This document shows positions 1 through 11,871 of a DNA stretch of 64,000 nucleotides, in pieces. Location of the stretch: positions 1 to 64,000 of the forward strand of contig JBFLGF010000197.1 of assembly GCA_050230475.1 (NCBI GenBank), written 5' to 3'. Each line of letters starts with the position of its first letter. The stretch's first letter is position 1. A model generated the notes under the pieces. It was not told where the DNA came from, did no database searches, and saw only the letters and a program-made list of their open reading frames with translations. A program made the translations under genes and the position numbers. The stretch is from Ancylonema sp. Taxonomy: Eukaryota.

Positions 1-485
1 GCAACGCCTCACAGGTTTTCTTGTCCGCACGCAGCGTATGCCGTTACATGTAATTAATTTCATTTCTCGACTGTCTCAAAAATTGACTCATTATCTTGCA
101 AGTCTTTAGTCTTGGGCTTGGTATCGGTAACAATCACAATCCCAACGCAAAACAATATTCTTTTCTGGGGTTAGAATTACAGGTCAGTCGGTAGAGATTT
201 TTGAAATCTTTTGGATTTTCACACATCTCCACTCTAATTCCCCTCGATCCATACCGCACGTTCCAAATTTTATCCACAACTGCCCAGTCCGGCTAGACCA
301 AAAAATGGGATTCCAGTCCGGATTGCAACTCCCATCCGCCAGTCTGAACTGGCCAGTTTTACACTACCGCCCCAATTACTGGCCAGTCTCCAGTTTTTGG
401 GGCGATATTCTAAAATTGGAGAGTGCCGGCTGGCTGCTGCTCAGCCCATTTGTACAGACAGAGCTCAACATGTATAACATTTCTC

Positions 486-1226
486 CTGTCACCTGGTCTG
501 GCGTTGCGCTCGCGGGGGCGAGCGTACTTCATCGCATGAATTTGTGCGCAATGCGGTTTACTACATCATTCGTGAGTCGCGCCAACACGCGCATCGGGAG
601 CGCACTGGCTTCCTTTCTCCATCGGCTCCTGGGGGGCGCGAAGGGCGTTTCGATATTGTGAAATCGGATGCTGCGGTGGGGCATACTTTGGTCGACATTG
701 TTGTTGCAGTCCCTACCCGTCGTGATTTGGTGGAGCGCGCCGCTAGACATGATCTTGTCGCTGCCACATATATGGAGCGAAGGAAGGAAAACTCACTATC
801 GCGCACCTGAGACCAAATTTGTACCCTTCGCTCATACTGTTTATTGTCTGATAAGTCGGATCGTTTTTTGGTTGAGTGCGCAATGTTAGCATCTAGAGAG
901 TGTGCACGAGCAGACCCTATATAAGCTTATTGTGCACATGGGGTCGTCCAAGAGTGTCGATTGCATAGCTACGATCGCTAGCACATGCGATACATGCTGG
1001 AACCCTACGTCTAGAGCAATCCAAGGCCTTGTTACCTCCCCCACCACCGGGCATTCCACTTTCTTCTGCGGAGTTGCATACTGTTGCTAGTTGTCTAGTA
1101 CGATCGGCTCACATATGTGTCGTTTTCAAGGATATGTTGTTTCTATACAGGCAAGAAAGAGAATTGTACACTACTATTTATACAAGCACGTCCTTGTAAT
1201 GAGGTTGGGTTCCCAGTAATTTTCAA
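486..1226 (+). mobile_element. 5'-truncated, degenerate non-LTR retrotransposon (CRE-like) 3' end: zinc knuckle, restriction-like endonuclease (RLE) domain and 3' UTR
   Basis: Translates as HLVWRCARGGERTSSHEFVR...GRFDIVKSD...LVDIVVAVP...ERRKE, then frameshifts. Same sequence as 39940-40605. End coordinates approximate. Confidence 0.7.
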
Positions 1227-2269
1227 TTTTCGTTTAACAAAAAAAAAAAACATTCTCTCTTTTTTTGTATAATTATTTGGTTTGTTGGCATTTGTTCACT
1301 TGCATCGGACATATTTTCGTTATAACAGGAGGGGAATCCCGTCGTTCGGTTACATTAAACAAATATTTTTCTCAATCTCAATCAGAATCGGACCATGCGA
1401 ATCGTTGACCGTGGCGCAAATCTTGAGGCCTCGGTCTGGTCTGGCATAAGGTAATGCTCTAAAGTACAAGAGAATTGTTGTCTGGAATATGGAAGTCCTG
1501 AATTAGGACTGTTGGGAGCATAATTTACATTGTTCACTCCTTTTCGGTCGATACCCGGCGGTTTTCCGAAGGAGTGGCCAAAAGGAGTGACGCCCATTTA
1601 TTCACACGGATCTGGGCGATTTTTTTGGCCTTTCATTTCGTTGTTGTTTATGACCATTCCATTTGGAATCCGTTTCCTTGTCCCGTTTAACTATCCCGAA
1701 TTAGTATCGAGCAACTGGACACGCAGGCTACCTGTACACGCAGGCTACCTGGACACGCAGACAAGTGATCGTTTTGGGTCTGGCGCGAAATATTTCGCGA
1801 TTGCGCGGGTGAAAAGTAATAATTTCCCACGCGAGAGGAACGCTCCGCGAGCGGACCACGTCCATCTCGAGAATGCCCAATATTGGGCAGACCACTCCCA
1901 ATTTAGCTGAATTACGAGTGGTCCGCCCAATATTGGGAGGCCTGCCTTTTCAAGTTTTCGTTCTGTACGAAAAGGAATTGGTCATAATCATCATGCCAAA
2001 CCCGAATTCTGCTCAATTTCGATTTTTGGGAACAAAGAACAATGGGAGTGGCCATAACTATGCACATGCGAAATCAGAGACGGTGATGCCAAACAAATTT
2101 CATAACATAGAAGCTGAGGAGCGAGAACTATCATCCGTCATGCTTAGCGAAGAGTGCGTCCTCGAAACCAAGGATTAACAGGTCATTAAAAAAAGGCGAT
2201 GCCTATTTCTACTGTGTTTGGTAATCATACCGCACGGCGGCAGGTCAACAGCATTGGAAGATTTCCGTC

Positions 2270-3184
2270 ATGGTTAATCAATCCACGAGTTCCAATAATG
2301 GTACTGAGGTGGAGAGGTGTTCGGAAAACGAGAATTGTACGGAAACAACCACCGAAAACTATTCTTGCCGTCTTGTTACAAAAGATTCAGTGGTTGCTAG
2401 GAGGTTATGCGAAAGTACACGGCGTGTGGTTCGAGAGTGCCTGGGCAGGTACGGTTCTGAAATTACACGGGAGGATAGAATTTCGATGCCAATCTATGTC
2501 GATATCTGAGCTTGTGAGCGTCAGGACGCAGCAAAGAATGTTGAATTATATTTTATACGTCATTGTGGGCTCTCTCCGTCAGTGCAGAAGCAGGTAGGAG
2601 TTTCTGCGGTCGTCAGGCCACAGAACATGTGTCTTTGCACGATGAGGGACATTTCTGGGCGTCAAGACACTCTCCTATGTGCCCTTGTACGTTGTGATAC
2701 CTTTCGATCTCCTTCCCACACCTCTGTTTTGAATCGCAGAGCACCCGAGGTCATAATGTACAGCTGTGAGAAGACCGAAGACAGCCAACCATTGAGCATA
2801 TCTAGTGCTGATGGCACCACAACTTCACACATTTCGTCGTTTACTCGAGGAGAAAACAACATTTCTCTTGCTCCTAAAGTAAGCAAAACGGTGGAGCTTT
2901 CGATGACGAAGTATGAAGATTAACTTGACAATCTTTACAAAACCTGGAATGCATCCTTGGAAAACGTCTTGATGATGCGTACGAAGATGGACAAATTGAG
3001 CAGCGAAATGTATGGCGAATTGAGACGGTATTCGAAAGTTCAGAATAAGGAAAAAGATATGTTCAGATATTACCGAAAGCATCAAAAGCGAGGGGATGCG
3101 GTCAAGAAATATGGGAGCATCTTTGAGGAGTTCAAGGCCAAGTTCGAGAATGACGAAGAGCTGATGGAAAGATTCATAAAGTGA
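2270..3184 (+). pseudogene. Decayed intronless reading frame of unknown identity (~305 codons, two internal stops)
   Basis: ORFs 2270-2509, 2582-2923 and 2957-3184 share one frame and are separated only by TGA 2507-2509 and TAA 2921-2923. Confidence 0.35.
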
Positions 3185-5028
3185 AGTTGCAAAAGCGAGT
3201 GCCAACAAATTGGTGGTCTTCCAAAAGAATTGCCAATTCAAATGTTTGTGGACCACATGTGCAAAATTTGCTTCGAGTTTCTGGTTGGTCGCACCAAAAT
3301 GCATACAAAAGGCTGTGGTTGAACGTCAATGCTCACACGAAGATATATTTTACCTCGCCTTATATACTAGAATACGCTAAATTGAAATGGTTGTGTGCTT
3401 AACCCTACCCCTCGATGGTGTTGGCTTCATACTCATTTTTTTTCTCGACATGTCTTGGCGGTGTTGAAAAAATAGAACGGTTTCCTATTTACTAGGGAAC
3501 GAGCATCTCTCACATATGTTGCATATTTGATGGACGTGGTTTGGAAGCTCAACATATGCTCCATGGGGAATGAACCTAATATGAAAAGGTGGCATGACGT
3601 ACGTAATACATAGTTGGGTATCTTTTTTACAACGTGCATTGAAACAATGGCAGCACCAACATCTCCACATCACGAAAACATGGGTGTTACCTATGTAACG
3701 ATGGTACAACTCACTTTGCCGTGTACTTGTACATGCATGTGCATATCTCATCTAGCCTGGCTACTGTGGCAACGTTCTCGAAAACGTGCATCGATATCCA
3801 ATGTCAAATTTGAGTGAACACTTGTTATCTCAATGCAAGGTATCCCTACGATTCGGCTCAAGATTGTCGATATGATCTTGGAAGTACTGTATGAGTGCGT
3901 GTTTGTGTGTTCTACCCCCCCTATCGGCCACAACATGACAAACGCACAAAAGCATGCCTCACGAATCGGTCTCACAACAATGCGAAATGGTGCAATGCGT
4001 AGGTGCTAGGACCTCACTGTATCGTGATGGAGTACAAATAATACTTCACAAATTGTGCAATGGTCATGACTAGAGTCTACCACTCGTCAATTCGATAGGG
4101 CTTGTCGAGCCCAACGTGACATACTTTTTACAATCAGACCGTGCCTCGATGGCCACCGCACGACACTTATCCTAAAGCAAATTGAAAGACAACCACGGAT
4201 TTACAAAAATACGCCGGTTCAAAACTTTTCCGGGTTCTTGCGCACCCAAATCGCAGTCGATATGTTCGGCTTCGATTTTTAAGCGAAGCAAATTTCGAGG
4301 GAAGTAATTCCCTCGAAATTTGTTTCACAAGAATCAAAAAAGGGCTATTGGAGGTGAAGAGAAGGAACTCCGGTTGGTCCAAATACCAACGAGTTCGGAA
4401 CCCTGGTACGCTCGATTTCTGTCCAACAGAGCAGCTTTGACTTTAGTAAGCGACCCCAGACCAGTCGGGGCTGGGGATCCAGCTTATTGATGGTCTTCTG
4501 AAGTCCGCCTTCATATGGTCAGGCTTGGGGGCTGGCCGGCCCGGGTCGGGGGCTGGCCGACCCCAGGGATCGGGTGTTGCATACAATGCTGCCACAGAGC
4601 AGAGTTGGCACAGCTCTGGTGGTATGCTGAAGGCTCAACGAAGCAGAGGAGAGTTGCTCAGAGGAGCTCAGAGCACCCCTTGCTGCAGAGGAAATGCAGT
4701 GGGAGAGGGGAGGGAGGCGGGACAGTAGAGTTGTACTCTGTTTTTTGAGAGGGGTTTTTGGAGGTATGCAAGGGAGGGTATCGTATGATAAAGTCGTTTT
4801 AGAGGCATGGGACGAGCATGACGGTCGTGCGTAAGAAATTCTCAAGCAGTCATGCTCTCTGCTATCATTCGGGATGCAATTAAACTGTGCAGAATGTGAC
4901 GAGGTCAAATGACCTGAATAGCCAAAGTGTAGACAGCTTGCTTGTTTTTGAGCTCAGAGTTCTTCGCAAAGTCCGCTCGAGTTCGAAGAAGAGGGCAGAG
5001 CTGTCGAAGGCTGCTGCCAGTCGTATTT

Positions 5029-6326
5029 ATGAACCGGACGATTGAAACAGGCGGCGGATCCAATGGGATCGGAACTTCGGCCGCTGCAAAACTCCAGCGG
5101 CAGAGGAATATGCTACAGCGAGCTGAAATGGATGTTTCCAGTATGGTGGATAATTTCATCAACATGATCCCAGCAACTAAGGCGAGCCACACATGCCTTC
5201 CTCACAGCATTCTCTGTAGCTGTGGCTATATGTCACAGCTACGATAGCTAACACGTCATAGCATCCACGTTGACTGCTTTCTAGCAGTTCTGCTGAAAAG
5301 TTTTGATTTAATCGAGTCAAGGTGCATATCTGCTCCAATTAAATCAGTGCGAAGGATATTCCATCACTGGGATGAGCCTATGTGCCACTTCGTCTACCTT
5401 TCCAGTGTGCTCCCTTTCTCGGGTGTGACCTAATCGGTTTCTTAGTCTAGTGACGTTCCCCGACAATTTGGTGAAGGTCGTAAGAAGTTACCCGAAAAAC
5501 GCCAACATCTCGGTCACTCAAATATTGTCCGCAGTGTCCATATGTCTTTTGGAACTTTTAGGACGCTTCGTCTGTCTGTATGTGGCTAGGGGGATACCTA
5601 CAACAACACAATGTGTGTAATGTTTGACTTCTGCCGTGTATTTTTTTTTTTTTTTTTTTTTGATAAGCTGGCATGCCATGGTAACTACAAAACACGGATT
5701 GTTTGACCTGACTTGTCTACATGTGTGGGAAAAAAAATCTCGCTACTCTTATCTCTAATTTCCTGTGCAGGTTAACGACCCAATCAAGAATGCGCAGGAA
5801 GTCTTTCAGATGGACGTCCACGCAGCTAAAATCGTGAGCATCCTTATCCGTATCCTTATTTTGGAAAAGCTTATTCAATGAATGCTCCACACAACACACA
5901 TCTGGTTCCCAACTTCTATAAATTTCTGTCCTCATCATATGCCACGTGCCTCACCCCAGACTCATCTCCTTCTTCATGTTGACTCAGCATGCCATAGTAC
6001 AACGTTCGCCACCTGTCCCTCTCACCCATGCTGCTTCCCGATGACCTTTTCACCCGCCATACAATTCGTTTGTGTAGATCCAAGCCGCCGAATCGCTGAT
6101 CGAGCACCTCGCGGAGCTGAAGCAGACTGCCGCTTCCGCCAACTTCCGGGCCCTCAACGAGGGCGTGGAGGAGAGCAAAAAGAAGCTCCAAGACTCCTCG
6201 GACAACATCGACCTGTCTCTGGACGACCTCATGGCAGAAACCATAGAAACACTTCGCCATCTGGACAGGCTTCCCAAGCCCTCTTGGAACACAGCCTCTC
6301 TTGTAGACGATCTGACGCTTGAGTGA
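5029..6326 (+). CDS. MED22: Mediator of RNA polymerase II transcription subunit 22; exons 5029-5181, 5771-5833, 6078-6326
   Basis: Spliced protein MNRTIETGGG...AAAKLQRQRNMLQRAEMDVSSMVDNF...K|VNDPIKNAQEVFQMDVHAAKI|IQAAESLIEHLAELKQTA...FRALNEGVE resembles plant MED22. All junctions are phase 0. Intron 1 is GC-AG. Confidence 0.85.
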
Positions 6327-7384
6327 GGAAAGGCAAGGAGCACCAACTGTCCGACCAATTAGTCGAAAGGGCAGGTTTAGCCAAACTCGCGGTGGGTAGC
6401 TCTGATGATCAAGTCTGTGATGTTCATCCACCCGCTATAAAGTCTGTGGGGCGCATCATTTCTCGCCCTTGTGTGCATAGGCTTCGAATGTACGTTCTGA
6501 TTTGTACATCATTGTAAAAACGATGAGCAGAATGCTCATGAGGGATTAGACTTCAGTATCTATAAAGAGCCAGCAGAGTACTTCGAGCGGTGAATATTTT
6601 TAAAAGGGGGAGGGTGTGGTGTAAAGAGCAAGATCCGTTGATCGCGTTCATCTTTGGTCCCGCATTGTGCTCATCGATTTATACGCATCACTTCTTCTCC
6701 TCTCTATCACCTTCACCTTGTGACGACTCCAAAATTTGGCAGTCTTGCGATATAATCTAAAACAAGCGACAACTGGAACCAACTACCGACATTCATCCAC
6801 TCCATCGAAAAATCACCAATCTAACAGTGAGTGCAACCAATCTAACAGTGAGCTCCTCACAGGCTGCCTGTGCGATGTTTTGGAGTACAACTGAGATGAC
6901 TCTGATGTGATTTTATGTACATTGAAACGTGAAGGTCTGTCTAGTCGGCTATCGTTGCTCCCAAACTCTCAGGCTGGAGGTTGGGGAGTTGGGACGCTGG
7001 AGGGCAGCCAGAGGTGGAATGGTAGGTCTAACATTCATGTGGCTCTCACATCCTCGAATACCCATCGAGATCGACGCCTTCTTCTGCACCAGAACCAAGA
7101 GAAACTGTTTCATTTTAGTGTGTAGAAAAAAAGTCAATGGAGACGTAGAGCAATGGGTGATGTGTGTATCCCAGTCGTAGATTGGCACACGAATCCTGGA
7201 AGCAACTTTTTCTTTGCTGCTCACACGTGTTCTATCCAAATTGGATCCGAATTGGATTCACGCAATAGGAAATGGCACACACTTCAGAGCCTCCATATAA
7301 AACAAATCAGCCACCGAACACATACTGCCACACGGGAAGGATATTTGTTTTAGACAACCTCACCTCCTCAAACGGCATCCTCTT

Positions 7385-7421
<37 letters not shown>

Positions 7422-7568
7422 CTTTCTTTTCCCTCTTTCTCCCCCCCCCCCTGTAGTGGCATTTCTCCATGCTGAAAAAACATTTCCCTTGTGGCGGCAG
7501 AAAAGTGTCGAAAAAAATCCGATGTTTTTCGGGCAGCAGTCGGTGTAATCTGCCCAGGCTGGCATGAA

Positions 7569-10500
7569 TCACGGCAAGTTCTCGGAACCTTCCTGCTGTG
7601 GCCTGTCCATCCGGAACCCACTCCTCCCCTCCACTCGCCTCATGAAAACGTGCGCCTTGGCCAGATCTACCTCCCCCCTCTCCCCATCCAAGCAGTACCA
7701 GGTGTCGTCGATCCGCACGATCTGAATCGCACGCGTCGCCATCGGGGGCAGAAGTTAGGGTGTGAGAAAGAAAAGAAGGAAAGGGGCAACGACTCGAATG
7801 CGGGCATTGGCTACACAGTCATGGAAATGAACGTGGGATCACATGCTGCCTGTAGGTGTGGTGGGTTGGAAAAAACACTTACCTTTGAAGGGGCAAACTA
7901 GCCAGAAAAATTTACTACCACATCAAGAAAAGAAGAGGGAGAAGAAGAGGTAGGAGGGTAGGATTGCAAAGAGAAAAATAAAATAAAAAATCAAAATCAA
8001 AATAAAAGGGAGTGGGGTGGGGGAGGGGGGGGGGAGGTTTAAAAAGAAGGGAAAAAAATAAAAAACAAAACAAGAAAAAATAAAGGGCTTGGCACTCTCA
8101 CCTTTCCGCCCTCATTCATCTCATACTTGGTTTCCCCCGTCAGCACCAACCCTTCTCTCCTCCTCTCCTCCTCCTTCCGCCCCCCCTCCTCCTCCCTCCT
8201 CTTCTCCCCCCTGTCTCTCCTCCCAGGAGCTTTGGCACTCTCATATATCTTTACCGCCCCCTTCCCCCCCCCCCCCTCCCCCTCATACCCCTCCGCCTCC
8301 GCCTGCAGACTGAACTCTTCCCACCGCTCCTCCTGGAATTCCGGTACAGGTGGCGTGCCCTCATTGGCTGCCTGGATGTCTGCTCGGATCCTATCCGCCT
8401 CTGCCGCCACCTCAGCGGACCAATCCTGGTCTCCCCCCCACTCGCCCACGGCCTTCTCCAGGTCTTCGCTCAACACCAACTCCCAAAAAGTGTACACAAA
8501 GCGCTGGACTGAGTGGAAGGGAAGGAGAGAGTGGGGTGTGAGTGGTGAAGAGGTGTGATCATCATTACATATTTTTTATTAATTATTATTGTTTTATTAT
8601 TTTATTATTTTCTTATTTTATTATTTTTATTATTATTATTTGGGTTCTCTCTATATTCTATATTCTATATTCTATATTCTATATTCTACATTCTATATTC
8701 TATATTCTGTATTCTGTATTCTATATTCTATGTTCTATATTCTATATTCTGTATTCTGTATTCTGTATTCTGTATTCAATTCATTCCGTTTGTCTGCTTG
8801 CTCTATGAACCCCCACCTCAGTTTTGCCTTTTTTTCCCCGATCGGGAGCAACCGTTTCGTTATCGACACCTCACCCACGCTGCCGTCAGCCAGACCCCCC
8901 TTATAACGAACACCAACTGCTGCAGCTGAGTCACCCAAAGCATGCGGCCTGAGTCTGAGGACTCACATCGGCGTTCCACATCCGTCTCCAAATAGATGTC
9001 GTCCAGCCGCAGCTTCACCCCAGCCTCGCCCAGCCGCAGCACCCACTCCGTGTACCTTCACAGCCAGCCATGGGATCAGAAAGTTCGAGGCAGGTTCCGA
9101 ATCGCAAAAAGTGATTGACTACTCAGACTGTCACAGTGGAATCGTGGAGTGTGTGTGGTGGTGAGGTCACTGGTACTCGTTCTTATTTATTTGTTCCCGA
9201 TTCGATGTCTGCCTATACACCATAGATGATAACGATAACGAGAACGATGACCAGATGAGCTCCAGAGAGTCATGTGGTCCCACATGTTCGCCCCCTCCAG
9301 CTGTCCCTCGGGGTGGTGGTACGTGACAGCTGGCGCAAGCAGGGAACTTCCGTGAAGCTTCTGGGAAAGTTCATGGAGGGGACCAGGGAGGGCCTCCAGG
9401 AGAAAGTAGAGGAGAGCCTCCCCCTTCTTGACCATGTCCTCGTCTGAAAAAAGAATGCAGCCGTCGATCAACCAACCAACGAACCAGAAAACCACCCAAC
9501 CGACCAACCAACCAAATACAAATACAAATACAAATACAAGCCGAGTGTACGATCAAGAAATGGAAAGGTCCACAAAACTTTCCCAAATCCCACAACCACT
9601 TTTTTTTAACATCAATAAAACAATTTATAAAGTGTACATACATATGTGTGGATATACATGTACGTGATAAATATGTATTCTATCATATGTGTATTTTGTT
9701 TTATGATGTAATAATCATAATCATAATCATAATCATAGTCATAATCATAATCATATATATATATATGTGTATATATATATGTATATATATATATATTTTA
9801 TTTATAATCATAATCATAATCATGTCTGAAGCCCACCTGGTTCCGTACCTTCGGGAAGCACTAGCGGTGCAGGTACCGTACGATAGCCCTCGTCTTTCTC
9901 CACCTCCTCGTTGGAAGGCTGAAGGAGGTCAAACTGAAACGGGAAGCCCTCCTCCTCCGCCTCACCTGCGCAGACAGAGGGTACGAGTTGGCGATGCATG
10001 ATACAAAATAAAGAGCTGTAAGAACATTGGCTGTCGCAGAACCGCATCAGCAGGAGGGCTTCCAGAAATACGGTTTCGTTGTAAGTTGGTTGTAACATTG
10101 GTTGGGAAGTTGGTTGAGATGTTGGTTGGATACAACGTTATTATCGCATAGGAGTCGCTAAAACGAGTACAGTGGTGTGTGTGGTATGCGAATATCGACT
10201 CTGATGGGAATGATACGGACGTTATAAATTCTTGTTCGAGGTGGTGAATGCTTGAAGTCTTTGTAATAAATACTATTAATAATATAAATATAAATATAAA
10301 TATGAATTAAATATGAATAACATTATATTGGGACATGGACTCGCAGCAACTGCTCTTCAAAAAAAATAAAATCATGTCAGCAGAATGAGGTGGAGCAGTT
10401 GAGAGGTTGGAGAGGGAGTTACGATGAAAATAGCGATGATGAAAATTGAAAGTAAATAACACTAATGATAAGAATACTGTGATGCAGTACTGGCTCAGGT

Positions 10501-11242
10501 ATTTTGTACAAAGAAAAAATCAGTTTTCGTGCAACACCGACAACAGTGGACGGAATCAGAGAATGGAAACAGAATTCATAGAGAGAATGCGGAAGTTCGT
10601 CGTTCAGAAGGTCGCCTTCACTCGTAATGAAAATCGGTTCCGGGGTGGTATGTTTCTTTTTTTCTTTCTTAGAAAGACTAGGGGTTTGTCGCAAAGATTG
10701 GTCTGGCCCTCACTCAGAAAGGCCTCCAACTCCTCCGCACTCATGGCTGCGAAGTCAGGCCCTTCCTCCTCGTCCTCGCCCGCGATGTCACGCCATTCGA
10801 CATCATCGACAGTATACTCCGTCGGGACTGAGCTCAGAATGGTAAAAAGATCCAGATCTGGTACAGAGGCCACTGACGAAGACTCTGACTCTGATTCCTT
10901 TTCGAATTGCTCATCTTCGCCCTCCTCTACGTACGGCGAAGAGATTCCTCCAATCAGGCCCGCAGCGAGGCTGTCCTTGAATTTGTCTAGCTCTTCTGAC
11001 TTCCCCCGCGGATTCCCCTTGCCACGCACGCTAGATGAGGTGCACAATAGCGAAACCTGCCGGACACTCTTCTTTTGACTCGTCGGAAAATGGTTGTTCT
11101 TATTGATATCCAAAGGTTGTGCCCCGCGAAGACGTGCGAAGCGGACTCGCACTAGATGCAAAAACTGTTGATCCTGACCTGCTGTTCTCTGCGAGAGATT
11201 TGAACACGGCGGTCTAATTAGTGCCAGTGTAGCACTTCGCAT
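7569..11242 (-). CDS. Probable plastid-targeted DUF2358/SnoaL(NTF2)-like protein; exons 11242-10714, 9965-9837, 9443-9284, 9055-8967, 8508-8102, 7721-7569
   Basis: Six exons with GT-AG boundaries and consistent phases. S/R-rich N-terminus. Motifs LLAPAVTYHHPEGQLEGANMY and LVLTGETKYEMNEGGK|IVRIDDTW resemble DUF2358. The exon 1 donor is the least certain. Confidence 0.6.
8650..8777. repeat. 7-bp tandem repeat (TATATTC/TGTATTC)n, intronic
   Basis: Directly visible. Confidence 0.95.
9709..9822. repeat. (ATAATC)n and (TA)n microsatellite, intronic
   Basis: Directly visible. Confidence 0.9.
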
Positions 11243-11871
11243 TGCGTTGGTGTCAGCCAAGCTCCCAGCGCCCTGTGTCAGCCCGAAGGCCTCATTGCTC
11301 AATGGCCCAATGGCTGTGATGAGCCTTGATGCAGCAATTGGTGGGACGGCAGAGGCGGCAGATCCCCATTAGTAGGAACAGGTTACGCCAGGCGGAAGTG
11401 GACCAGGCGCATATAAATTTAGATGGCGCAGCGGGAGATGCATCTTGTAGCTCAGTAAAACATACTGGCGCTCGGTGAGGCGCACACGTCGAGTACAGGC
11501 AAAAACCCCAAGGTTCCCCCCTCTGTTGAAGTCCCTGAACTGAACTGCCTGGAACTTCAGGGTGAGGGCGCATGGTGTAGATGGTCACGTTACAGGTACT
11601 GCCCGCAAGCTTCGTACGTGCCATACCTCCAAATAGCGAAGGTTGGGATTTGACGGCGAGTAAGTTCATTTGCTTCAAGGAGATTGCTGACAGCCGTTAG
11701 AGTGAGGGTTAGACGCACTGGGAATCACTGTATCGAGTAATTCTTCCTGCAATAAGGCCAGCCTTCATTCATTGCAGAGTTTTTCTGGAGGGAAAGGGCT
11801 TCCCCATCTTTCTAAATCCTGTGATACCGTTGCGCGGCTATAAGGGTCGGAAGGCACCGAATTAAGTGCTG

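Noticed and set aside
4440..4570. GC-rich GGGGCTGG repeats as a possible ncRNA
   Set aside because: No tRNA, snRNA or SRP signature that I can support.
6815..6852. Short direct repeat ACCAATCTAACAGTGAG x2
   Set aside because: An isolated local duplication with no associated structure.
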